A stretch of 64,000 nt of DNA, from positions 49,166,001 to 49,230,000 of the forward strand of contig CM060734.1 of NCBI GenBank assembly GCA_030704615.1. Reading direction: 5' to 3'. The notes beneath the pieces were generated by a model. That model had not been told where the DNA came from. It did no database searches and worked only from the letters and a program-made list of their open reading frames with translations. Numbering within the stretch: the first letter of the stretch is position 1; every line of letters starts with the position of its first letter. The translations under genes and the position numbers were made by a program. Positions 53,301 to 64,000 of the stretch are shown here, in pieces. Source of the DNA: Takakia lepidozioides (taxonomy: Eukaryota > Plantae > Bryophyta).

Positions 53301-56300
53301 TCCTCCCAATGATCTTGTCAGCCACGGAGGAAACGAAACTCTCCCAAGAGTCCACTGCTCTTTCGACTTCATTTCTTGCGTTAACAGAGCGTGACTGAAG
53401 TTCTTGGAGCGATTGGACAAAATGAGGGAGAGCCTCTTGCAAGGCCTGGACGTACTCAGCCTTGACCTCCTCATCGTGGAATTTTTCTATGCGCCACTTC
53501 TGAATCGAACGTTTCACAGATCTCTTGGTGGTGGGAAAACACCTTTTGATCTCAGTCCAAACCAGGAAGTGGTCAGAGGTACCAATATCAGTTCTGCCGA
53601 TCAACACATTGGCACACTGGGGGAACAAAATTTTGTCCATTATGATATAGTCCACAATGGAACGTTCCCCAGTTTGGGATTTCTCACGAGTCCACTGCAC
53701 TTGGTCACCTCTTGTCCTGTTATTCAAGGTCAAAAGCTGAAGCTCTTCTAGACAGTTAATTAACCGTCTGCCATTAGAATTCAGCTCGTCCTCACCAAAA
53801 GGTCCAATGATATCGTCCTGATGGATCCCTTTGCCCACCCGGGCATTGAAGTCCCCCAATAGTACCACCTGACCTTCGGCAAGGAACGAAGCACAGTCCA
53901 GCTTTACATCTTCGAAGGCCTTGCCTGCGTCAGCACTAAGGGTCCCCTCTGTGGGCATGTAAACACAACCAACAAAGAGGTCCTTTGTACTCATGCCGCC
54001 CTTCAGATTCAGTTTTAGCCAGATACTATGCTCGTACCTCAAACCCTTGTTGATAATTTCACAATTGTCAAACAAGAAATCACGGACAAAGAATCCAACC
54101 CCTTTTTGACCGCGTTTGGCAGAGGCTGCCTTGAGAGTACACATTTTACCTGCCCATTTATAACCATTGACATCTCCAACCAGTTTATCCGACGTTTCCC
54201 ATGTTTCTTGCCCAGCACAGATATGAATATCATTAGTCCGAAGAACTTGTCCCACTTCGAGTTGTTTCCTTTGGTCAACCCTGAGAAGTTGAAAGTGGCC
54301 AGCCGCAAGCCACCCCATGTGTAGATTTTGCTCGTCTTGTGTAAACTTTGAGAATTGGTAAACCATTCAGGATACCAAATCTTTCAGTTACACGACGCAC
54401 AGGCTCCACACACATAGGGGCAGATTGTCCGTCAGACTGCTTGGGGACAATTACCCCGTGTATAGATTTTGCTCGTCTTGTGTAGACTTTGAGGATTGGT
54501 AAACCATTTAGAGTACCAAATCCTTCAGTTACACGACGTTCAGGATCTGCACACTTAGGGACAGATTGTCCATCTGACGGCTTGCGGTCAATTACCCCGT
54601 GTATAGAATTCGTTCGTCTTGTGTAAACCTTGAGGATTGGTAAACCATTCAGAGTACCAAATCCTTCAGATTCAGGATGTTCAGGTTCCGTACATTTAAG
54701 GGCATCTTGTCCTTCTGGCTGTTTGGATTCAACCTCATCCAGAGCATCAAACCGATTAGAAACTCTCAAGTTGAAGTCGTTGCCCTTGGTTGTCTTCCTA
54801 GAGTGCCCCATTGAATCACCAATGTCTAAGACCGCTCTCCAGCCAGTCAAGGGACGAACTTCTTTGAGATTGAATTGATGCGGGACTCTATTAGAAGCAC
54901 TTTTGGTCATTGCAACCTTCAACGTACCCCTGTTATCAAGTCTCGAGATGGTACCATTAGCCATGAAATCCAAGCCTAAGCTAGAGCATGTAGTTTTAAA
55001 GGACACATCGTCCATCCTGGGATTCACCTCAAAAACTACACATGAAGCCCTAGATTTGGCATAAGTAACCAATTCCAAGGGATCACCCTGAGGAGTGTTG
55101 ATGTTGATTGTTCTCGCAGGCTATAAGTTTAAGCACAGGAACCAACCCGAGCCCAAGTGCCGAGTATGCTAGAAAGAGCATACGACTGCCCAATTTGGGC
55201 GGAGGGGCTGCCCCCAAGCGGTAGGAGTCCGCTTGTTACCATTCAGAGATCACACTCCAGGGAGTTGCAGGGAATGGCAGGTGTAGGCATATTCTAAAGA
55301 GGGAAAGGCCCCAAGCTTTCCAACTAAATCCAATGCACTACCTTACCTGAAGCAAAGCGCTTCAGGTCGAAACAAACAAGGACACGAGGTCACAAGGCCG
55401 ACATTTAGTCACAGAGACATTAATGTACTCCCGTATCAAGTCCACCCAATGTCAATAGGCTTCCTAGAGGACAGGGAGAGAGAGAGAGAGAGAGAGAGGG
55501 AGAACCTCTGCAGGTCTGGCCTTGCTTGAATTTGATGTGGGAACACTGTCAACATCTCTGGTTGCCGCTGCAGCTGGGGGGGGGTTTCGGGCCTCCTCCT
55601 CCTTAGTCTGTATATATGACTCTATCCGCAACTTGCTCATTTCTTCTACCTGCTATCCTCACACCCAAATTCTTTCATGAAACCAGGCAGTTTCACCTAT
55701 AAACAGCACCAAGGACAAAGTAGCAAAGCTCCATGACTTCGACTCCATATATCAACGGTCCTCACCACTTCTACACTTATGGAAAGAGGTAACTGCCCAC
55801 TATGAAGGTACGCCACCAACAATGATGCTAATATCAGGCTATGAACCCAAGACCTCTGGTGGATACACTGCCTTAGAACATTCTCCTGTAACCATCCACT
55901 TAGTGGACACAAGATTGAATATCAAGCAGAGGACCAGCCTGACCTGCTGTTTTCGCCAGTGATCCGCCCAGGAATAATTTAGCATCTTCTCAATCAGCTG
56001 CTCTTGTCCTTGCAAGAGTGTTTGCATCTCCATTTGCTTCCGAGGGTCTTTCAAATCCTCTTTGCTCCAGTCAGACTCCGACAATGGCCTTTTCACTGCC
56101 TTTACAATCCACATCCATACACACTTTCAGAACAGGTTGTCTTACAAACAAACACATTTCAGATGACAGAATGCACACAAGGAAACCCACAATGTTGATC
56201 TTCACTGTTAAGAACATCCATGAGTTGTCAGAGAAGGGCAGAACATACCCCCCAGTTGGCAGGCCTTGGTGGAATTTCAAGCTCATTCACCTCGGCTTCA

Positions 56301-59300
56301 ATCTTCTGACGGGCCTTGTAATAGGGCACATTTCGCACTATCACTGGGTCCTTCATCGCTCGGTCAAGATCAATCTGTCCAAGTATCTGCCACCCGCCCA
56401 TGCCATCTGTCACTTGTACTCCTACCTGCACTTTCTCTAATCTGCCTTCCTGCCACCTCTATCTCTCTTCTTGATCTCATAATTTCAAGGGGTTCCCAGC
56501 TGATCATGACAAAGGACCAAAAATGGACACGTCTTTATCTACTCCAAAGGCATGGCAAAATTGAGATGATCCAACAGTGGCTATGGACCTGGCACTGTAC
56601 ACCTGTATTACTCTGGAGTTCTAGATAAAAGCTGACCACCAGCCCGAAAGCCAAAAACAGAACCATGCACACAGATTTGTTGTTGATAGGACAAAAGGCA
56701 TCCTCATAACAGAAAAACATGCAACTTTGCAGCTCATGGCACCTCTTGCAACGCTTCCCAGCCTTCTTCTCTCTTTTCAACCTTCTCCCGGATTTCGTCA
56801 TACCGCCTGCCTTCCTGGTGAACACTCCACAACATCCACTCAACGACTTCCACTCAAACCTCTAGAGGACCATATGAACCCTGATATAAAGAATTTCTGT
56901 CAGGTACCAGTAGAATGAGAAGCTTACAACTGTTGAGCGACAGCAGAATTCAAACCCAGCACTTGACTCCACATCTGCATTTTATACAAACAAACCTGTA
57001 CAAACACCTGGACTCTCTCTCACACCCAGGCACTCTGAATCTGGTCGCTTCTTCTCCACATCCAATTGGCCTACTACCAACACCTAATGTCCACGGAGTG
57101 TCCATAGCTTTCACCCCAACTCTGTAGAGAGCTAATTTATGATGTTTTGGGGGAGGGAGAGAGGAGGAATAAAAAACGGGCATACCTTGTACTTCCACCA
57201 CATCTTTTGCTTGACATCAGCATCATACCGGATGCCATGCTCAAGTTCATCTTGACCAAACAACATCCAGGCAGCTGTCGATGGATGTGCCATGCTCTGG
57301 TCAATTACCTACATACACCTTCCCTCATGTTAGCTTCCAAAGGCTTTGCTAACACCGAGTTTCCACTATCTTCACATCAATGCTAAACTGCCTCTTGACG
57401 TCAATCCCAGAGAAGATCTGGCCAACCTGGCTCTGTGGGATGAAGGCCAGGTGTGCATGGCAAATGCCCCACAGCTTGATTGCCCAACATTCAGGCACAA
57501 TGCATGCATGTTTACCCTTTGCTCCATTTCAAGTTTCTACCACAAACCAGTGATCTCAGGATGAACGGGAAAGTACACCCAGAGCCAGACTACACATGGT
57601 CTACACACACCTCAGTTGGTGGTTGGGTCTTCCTGTACACATCCCATGATTTCCATGGCACGTCCATTACCTGCCTTCACCCACAATGAACAGATGTACA
57701 CAGATGTGATTATAAACCCGAGAAGCCCTTGAACCATAACATAATTTGAATTTTGACTTGTAATTGACAAATACTCGGTGACATTTATTATGTCTGCTAG
57801 GACGAAAGAGACGGAAAAGAGAAGAGTACATCGTCAAAGCTGATTTTGGCTTTCCACGCCTGGCCTTTGCACTCCGTACATTTCATTACCCCCTGCCAGA
57901 TTGTAGACGTGTGCATTAGAGCTGAAAGGTAGAGGATGCCTTGAATGCCAAAAAATCCAAACAAACCGAGTAGTTAGCAAGAAAGCAAGATTCCCCAGCA
58001 GTGCAAAATTACCCAGCCACAAGCTGCATCAGGCAAGCGCACAGCATGGGACACTGTCAATATTCTGCACAGAAACTCTAGCCACTTATAAAAAAATGAG
58101 CAGTGTTGGTGGTAGCCACAGTTCAGAGAAGCAGATACATACAGTGCCTTCACAAGTTGGACACTCTCGGTAGGGTAGTGGCAGGCCCACATTAATGGAT
58201 GCAGGCCAATGACCTAATTCTGCACGCCCTCCTGTTATTGCTGCTGCCATGCTCTGTGTCGTTACATTCTCTCCACTGCAAGTACAATCAGGAGTTTTCA
58301 CAATTGTGATAACCTGGCAGAACACACTGGCTCTGATAACATGTTTTGTTGCTTTGAGAAACATGCAAGGAAATAACAACTAAGGGCAAGGGGTCCTCCA
58401 CCAACTATCCCCGCCACTATACACCTCGCTGCCTGCGTCAATGTTATATTGCGTTCTGCCTTACCCCAAGTTCCATTGTGTGGTGGAAAAAGTAGATTGC
58501 CCTGTTTATGAAGGGGCGCAGTCTAACTAATAAAAAACTATATTTTTTCGCTGCGCCCTTCTTCAGTCGCTCAACCATGAAGGCCAAAAGTCAAGGGGAA
58601 GTCAGAGAAAATTACTCAGGGAGGCCAAAGTTGGAGACATGGTATTGTACTTTGCCCTTGCCAGCACACATTGTGCATCGCAGCCCCTCCCATCCATTGC
58701 ACCGATTACATTCCCTGCAAGGGTGTACAATAGAATTTGAGAACTGACTAGATTCTTTGGTTTCAAGCATCTCTTCTGGTAGTGAGCACTTTGAGGTCCC
58801 CAAACAAAGCAGGAGAATTCATCGTAAACTGAGGAAAAGAGCCAAAGCGCTCTAAACATCTGCAACGACCTCAAATTTACAAATGCAGAAGGGGTTCAAG
58901 AAAGAAAAACTGGATATATCTGCAATTTAAGCAGCTGGCTTCCCAATAATCAGTACCAATGCAGGAATATGAAGCCACAGACCAACACCGCACAAGTTCA
59001 ACAAGATAACCTTTTGCCAAACACTTTACCAACGGCATCCAGAGCTATGGCCGCAGTGCCTGCTGCTGCTACCGCCTGCCCCACAACACCAATCCCTCCA
59101 TTGGTCAAAACAGCCAACCCAAATGGAAAACCCTAACCCTTCACGCCCATTGTCACACCCTAAATCCTCGTCAATTCGATTGAATATGAAGTGCAACACC
59201 GTAATTTACTAGATCTCAGCGTACTGTGGAGCCCCGCGCAACAGCACCTATCTATTCTGCCAATGTAGGTTTCGAACTTCGATTGACTATACACATAATT

Positions 59301-59524
59301 GCACCACTTTGCAGAGACACTCAAGGAAATCACATGAAGAGAAGATCAAGACACACCGCAACAGAGAAAGAGGCCACAGACGTGATGAAGTATGGCACAC
59401 CAAAACCTCCCTCGGCAGCATCACGCACGTCCCAGGAAAAATCAAACGCAGTGTCTCGCACTGCTTCTAGCACTTGCCCGGCCTTCTGCCTCACCACCGT
59501 CACCACCTTCTCCACCCTCTGCAT
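50321..59524 (-). CDS. EMB2737: EMB2737-like chloroplast DnaJ-type zinc-finger protein; exons 59524-59357, 59075-59011, 58714-58616, 58275-58143, 57892-57830, 57670-57611, 57308-57186, 56814-56743, 56386-56249, 56099-55944, 55649-55506, 50464-50321
   Basis: Spliced product has GFGVP, CNRCNGWEGLRCTMCAGKG, LPYRECPTCEGTGVMKCTECK, DVKQKMWWKY, DPVIVRNVPYYKA, PPRPANWG, WSKEDLKDP, matching Arabidopsis EMB2737 as I recall it; all junctions GT-AG and in frame. The last exon is the least certain. Confidence 0.82.
50625..55412 (-). mobile_element. Near-full-length APE-RT LINE (L2/RTEX-like), frameshifted, in the last intron of the EMB2737-like gene
   Basis: ORF1-like 55078-54275; ORF2 endonuclease (LATFN, QETW, GDFNAR, SDH), RT (NYRGI, QAGFR, DVKKAYDTV, QGCTLSP, FADD, YLGV), C-terminal CPLC..H..C; possible degenerate TSD AGAAACAGAATGTATTC / AGAGACATTAATGTACTC. 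Confidence 0.88.
54315..54720 (-). repeat. Three tandem 141-bp (47-aa) coding repeats at the end of LINE ORF1
   Basis: G(C/T)TCGTCTTGTG anchors at 54330, 54471, 54612; peptide GFGTLNGLPILKVYTRR..SIHGV repeated. Confidence 0.92.
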
Positions 59525-59841
59525 TTTTCTCCACCCTCCTTCCTTCTCTTCCTGCCTCCCCCCCTCCTCAAGAATCCAAGCTATAGGGTTTAAGGCGTAT
59601 CCCTTCGCATCAACCTGCAGATTTATCACCATCCATCCAACAAATCTCATCCACTCGTAACCCACTCCTAGCTTACCTCATCCGTTTACGACACCAATAT
59701 CATCCATTCTGTCACTGGAACACACTTGCCTCATCGAGTACAGAAAGATATTTCACACATCCGCTACTCATAGTGCTTTTCGACGCTAATAAGCAATTTC
59801 AGTTTTCTTCCAAATTAGGGTTATTTGGGTCCCCGAAGGGA

Positions 59842-60033
59842 GGGTTGCGCCGGCCAAGGAGGTAGTGCAATACCAAGGCGACGTGCACGGGTCCGGGCAG
59901 CAAGCTGCCGGGTGGACCCGCACCCGAGAAAAATTAGATTAATATCATGAGGCTCGATGAGCCTCGTATCAGATATTAAACTGATAAGAACAGATACTAC
60001 ACTTGATCTTAGCCAAAAGGCCGAGAAAGGTAT
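59842..60033 (-). ncRNA. U2: U2 spliceosomal snRNA
   Basis: Minus strand reads ATACCTTTCTCGGCCTTTTGGCTAAGATCAAGTGTAGTATCTGTTCTTATCAGTTTAATATCTGATA, with Sm site AATTTTTC and stem IV loop TATTGCACTA; ~192 nt. Confidence 0.97.
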
Positions 60034-60056
60034 ACTTCAACAGTCTTTGCTTTGGG

Positions 60057-60102
60057 TTTATATACTCGGCTGCACAACCACCACTGGCAATCGATATGGG
60101 AT
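60057..60102 (-). promoter_or_regulatory. snRNA promoter: USE (ATCCCATATCG, 60102-60092) and TATA (TATATAAA, 60064-60057)
   Basis: One mismatch to the plant USE RTCCCACATCG; TATA at -31..-24 from the U2 start. Confidence 0.8.
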
Positions 60103-60781
60103 AATGTTTCCTGGATTTGATTTACTGTGGCGTGCAGCTTCGTATAGCTATAGGAATAAGTGTAATCCCTTTCTTCGGGGGTTTAGAGGGTTTAGGCGTT
60201 TAGGCCCCAGAAACCGCCACACGTTAGTTATCATTACCACATTACATCTATGCCGCACGTAACTATAAATCGACGGTCAGAAATGAGACCTAACAGCCGT
60301 TGATGACCTGTTATTTGACGGAAGAGATGTACTTCTTATCCCAAACTAAACTCCCTGGTTGCTGTCGATCCTCAGAGATCGGACGATTTCTTTTCATCCA
60401 TAGATTCCTTTTCATCCAACGGAGGAAATTAAAATATCATCGGCTGAGGAGAGTGAGAGTGGTCTTCTCTCGCTCTCTTTCTCTCTCTTTCGCTCGCTCT
60501 AGCGGAAAGGTTGAAGAGGAGGACTGGTTGCGGCATGCGTGTTGGTACTGCTGCTGAGTGCCGCTTGGCGTTGAGGAATGGCTTCTGCGTGCTTGGGCCA
60601 GGCATGTGTGTTTTCCTTTTCTTTATAGGCATATTCGAACGGAAATTTCTGGCCAGTGGTTACTGATGGATCTGTGCAGGCAATGCTGAAAATTTGGAGT
60701 GTATTTGATAACTCTGGAAAATCAATTCAATCATCTTAATTTTTCTCAGGAGAAAGGAACTGACAGGGATTTGTGGGATAG

Positions 60782-62075
60782 ATGGCCAGCACTTCACTTA
60801 GAAGTAGAGGGCCGGCTGTGCCTACCAAGCTGGAGGTGGTTAGGGGTCTCCCATCCTCGTCATCCTTGTCATTTGCGAGCCCGGGGCGACAATCCTGTGA
60901 ACCTTTTCGGTCGATTTTTCAGGTACGGTTACACCTCTTTTATTTTGTGTGTGTTTTTTTGCGTACCTCTTAGGCATCGTCCTGAATCATCCATAACAGG
61001 TTGTGGGGTTGAAATCCACGAGGGTATGAATTCAGGCTGATTTCCATGGAGAAATAGTGGATGGAAAAATCCCTTTTCCTTGGAGGTGAGATGCTGGCCA
61101 GGTGTTGATTTTAATTTGAGATAGGAATTGGGGTAGAGTTGACGTCAATCCAGTTCAGGGGACTGGTATTTTGATGTCATTGGTACAGGTAGGGTCGGAG
61201 ACAGCAACAAACAGAGGGTTGAACAGCTAGCAAGAAACACAAAAGGTGAAGGATGATTAGTTGCAGAATGCCAAGTGCATCAGGAGATTAGCATGGATAA
61301 GCAGGCCATCCAGGAATATAACTTTTGGTTGGTATTCTTGTTGCCTGGGTCCTTTGTTCAGGCTCAGTGGCAAGATGACAACATGGTGTCAAGGCGGCCA
61401 AGGGTTGTACGTGGGAGCTTAGGACATGAGACAAAAGTGGATAGTGGAGAAGAGAAGGCAGAATCCAGCAGTCCTGCTTCCAGTTCCGGAAGCTCCACTG
61501 TCAATGGCTCGACACCTTCCTCATCTGGCATTCCAAGCCCATTCTCGAGTGGTAAAATTTCTTCGAAAATTGCTGCTAAAACTGTGTCTAGTGAGAGCAA
61601 GCCACCTGGTCCAGTCTATTCACCAGCTAAGCCGCCAGTTTTCACTACAGTTCCTAAGCCCTCAAGTCCCTTCAACACCACGTCAATGCAGGAAAAGGGT
61701 GCAACAGGAGCTTTCCCGACTGGAAAAGTCTCACCATTTGCGGCTGACAGACTGAAATCTGTGGCAATGCCTCCCAATGCATACAATCGAGCCACCTCAG
61801 GTCAAGCTTTAATTGGTTCAGGGAAGAAGGTTTTGGAGGCCTTCAAGCAAGGGGAGAAAGAGGGAAGGACGACTAAATTCGGGCAACCACTTGTGCCACT
61901 CAACATATTTGTTGACGCCAAGCGAACCCCTGAAGAGATTGCAGCTGATGCCTTTCAGTTCAAATTAAGTCCAAGTGATATCTTCTTATTGCTTTCTTTT
62001 TCTCTGATCACAGGTCTCATGTTAGGGACTGTGTTCCTTGTCTGGAAACTGGGTGCCATCCACTATAATGAGTAA
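60782..62075 (+). CDS. Ser/Pro-rich protein with C-terminal TM helix, likely plastid-targeted; exons 60782-60922 and 61362-62075
   Basis: Transit-like exon spliced in frame (CAG|GTAC, TTCAG|GCT); ends LLLSFSLITGLMLGTVFLVWKLGAIHYNE. Confidence 0.7.
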
Positions 62076-64000
62076 TAAAAGTGGGTGCCATCCCCTATCA
62101 GAAACTTCTCATGTTTTAAGGACCAGTTCATGACTTCATTTGTTTCTTAAATTCCACAAGAAATGACCTAGGTTTGGTCAATGTGGAAGTACCCTTGAAA
62201 TAAACCATGCATTCAATTCGTGTACTTCTGATCTTGTGTCACCAGTCTTCATCAGTCACAGCAAGTTTGAGCAAGTCATCATGAGTCATTTTTTTGGAAG
62301 TTCTGGTTGTTTACAGATTCCAAGGGATGGTTGTGACATAAACTTTAAGTGAGGTGCGTGAGCAGGAATCTGGTGTTTGTCTGGCTACGGACAATATAGG
62401 ACGTCGTGACTATATTGATTTGGGCATTTTGTCTCGAGGAGTAAATCTCTAAATCCTATCCTCTCTGATGTCTATGTAAAGTTGATCTGTTGATCAATTT
62501 GATGCACAAAGTCCATTTAAGAGCAGTGGGGAAGGAAGGTATCCAATTTGCAGGCTGTATTCCCACCTGTTTTTGTTAGCAGAGAGAACTTTGGCTTCAG
62601 AGAGGACAGCATCAGCACTGTGCACGTTTTGTTCGCGTCCTTATCTGTTAAGTGTTACCGGCATAACACTCAGACTCAGCAGCCTTTGTCTCAACTCCCT
62701 TGTTGTATGTGACAAGGATGATGTGCAGCTTAAGACCTGTGGTGACTTGGACTGCATTGTATGGTTGCTTGTGGCAGCCCCCAGTAAAGTTTCGTATACT
62801 CAATGGTCTTGAAGGAATAGGTTTTTCGAAGGCAATTGGTGACATAAGATTGCCAAGTATACAGGGGCGGGTTGAGATCATGATCATGCACAACCATCTT
62901 TGGAGTACATGATAGAATTCCTGCACACCTGAAGTTGGGTGTCCCATGAAGTTATGCCCTTAGGTCAATACAAAGCGACTCAGGCGATGCTGTGAGAAGT
63001 GTGTGTTATCATGCCCTAGAGCTGCTGCGGCAAGCCTGTTGAGGAAGGTGTGCAGTGAGCACCCCCTGGCCCATGCCATACTGCAAGCTTCAGTCTGGAC
63101 AGTGCATGTCTACAATGTGTCTTTAATTGTTTGTTTCGTAGTTGCTTTGCTTACTTCTATATTGTGTGCAATGGAGGCAGACTAGCTTTGCCACACATCT
63201 GCCTGTGGAATATTTGCTCTTGTATGCAGTCAAGGAGGTGGCAAGGCCTTAGGTCAAGGGGGTGTAGATGGTCTAGTTACAGTTGGGATTTACACAGGTG
63301 CTGGAAGCAGTGCCAGAGTTGGAGGAGATGCATCTGGCACAGTTCATTACTATAGGCAGTGAATGCTCCACATTGCTGGGCATTGTTCATGGGCATTGCC
63401 AAATAATCTGGATGCTACAATGCACAATAAATTGCAATGACAGAGGATGGATATATTCAAAACAGCAAATGTCATCGTCACACCAACTGCTTTTGCTTGT
63501 GAGGTCTTTATCAAAATCTTGAGTGTGTACAGACTGTGACTAAAATCTTTCCATGCTGTGCAGAGCCAGAGTGTTGGTTATGTCAGATGCGCTGGAGTGT
63601 GGGAGCTCACCCATGGGTTTGAAAGCTGATCAATGTGTGCGAGTAAGGATGTTCTATGCAGCTGGTTGTCCTCTACATGAAAATAATCTTGCGAATGTGT
63701 GTATATCTAGTCAATACGTCAATACAGCTAGAAGATCAGTCACAGAAGTCCATGAAATTGTGTGTTTGCAGCCAAGATGATGCGGTTGAAATATGACTTG
63801 CACTCAGACTGCAGAGGACAGCACGTTACCAGTACAGAGACAGCAGGCAAGCCTAGAAAGATTCTGGCATGTTTCACAGAAGCAGATGAGCCTGTATTAC
63901 AAACCAAGAAAAACTGGTGGACTCTGTTGAAGGGGATACTTGTTCAAGAGGCCTGGAAATAGCCCTCAAGTCAAGCCAATGTATTCACCGCCTCTGCAAC

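Noticed and set aside
59957-60262. ORF MSLVSDIKLIRTDTTLDLSQKAEKG
   Set aside because: Antisense translation of U2 snRNA, a common annotation artefact.

Overview
Nuclear DNA of a non-seed land plant, most likely a moss or other bryophyte (inferred from moss-type PLS/DYW PPR motifs, short GT-AG introns and the gene set). Host genes: a secreted DUF642-like protein, a small chloroplast membrane protein, an alpha/beta-hydrolase, thioredoxin z, a decayed DYW-PPR, RCCR, the bHLH ICE1/SCRM, a 12-exon EMB2737-like gene, a U2 snRNA gene with USE/TATA promoter, and a Ser/Pro-rich tail-anchored protein. Much of the window is mobile DNA: a CRE-type non-LTR retrotransposon with a restriction-like endonuclease (8.5-12.4 kb), a Copia/Gypsy/DNA-transposon island (19.8-35.1 kb), and an EN-RT LINE in the last intron of the EMB2737-like gene. 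The most unusual item is a ~11.5 kb multi-gene DNA-transposon-like unit (23.6-35.1 kb). It holds a Sola-like DDE transposase gene, divergent genes for a ParB/Srx-like protein and a Pol II CTD-like repeat protein, and ~10 copies of a 24-bp palindrome (AACCTCCACT-N4-AGTGGAGGTT) restricted to its introns and non-coding parts. The two unrelated non-LTR elements also share a 5'-terminal motif. All family assignments are from motif recognition by eye, not database searches.
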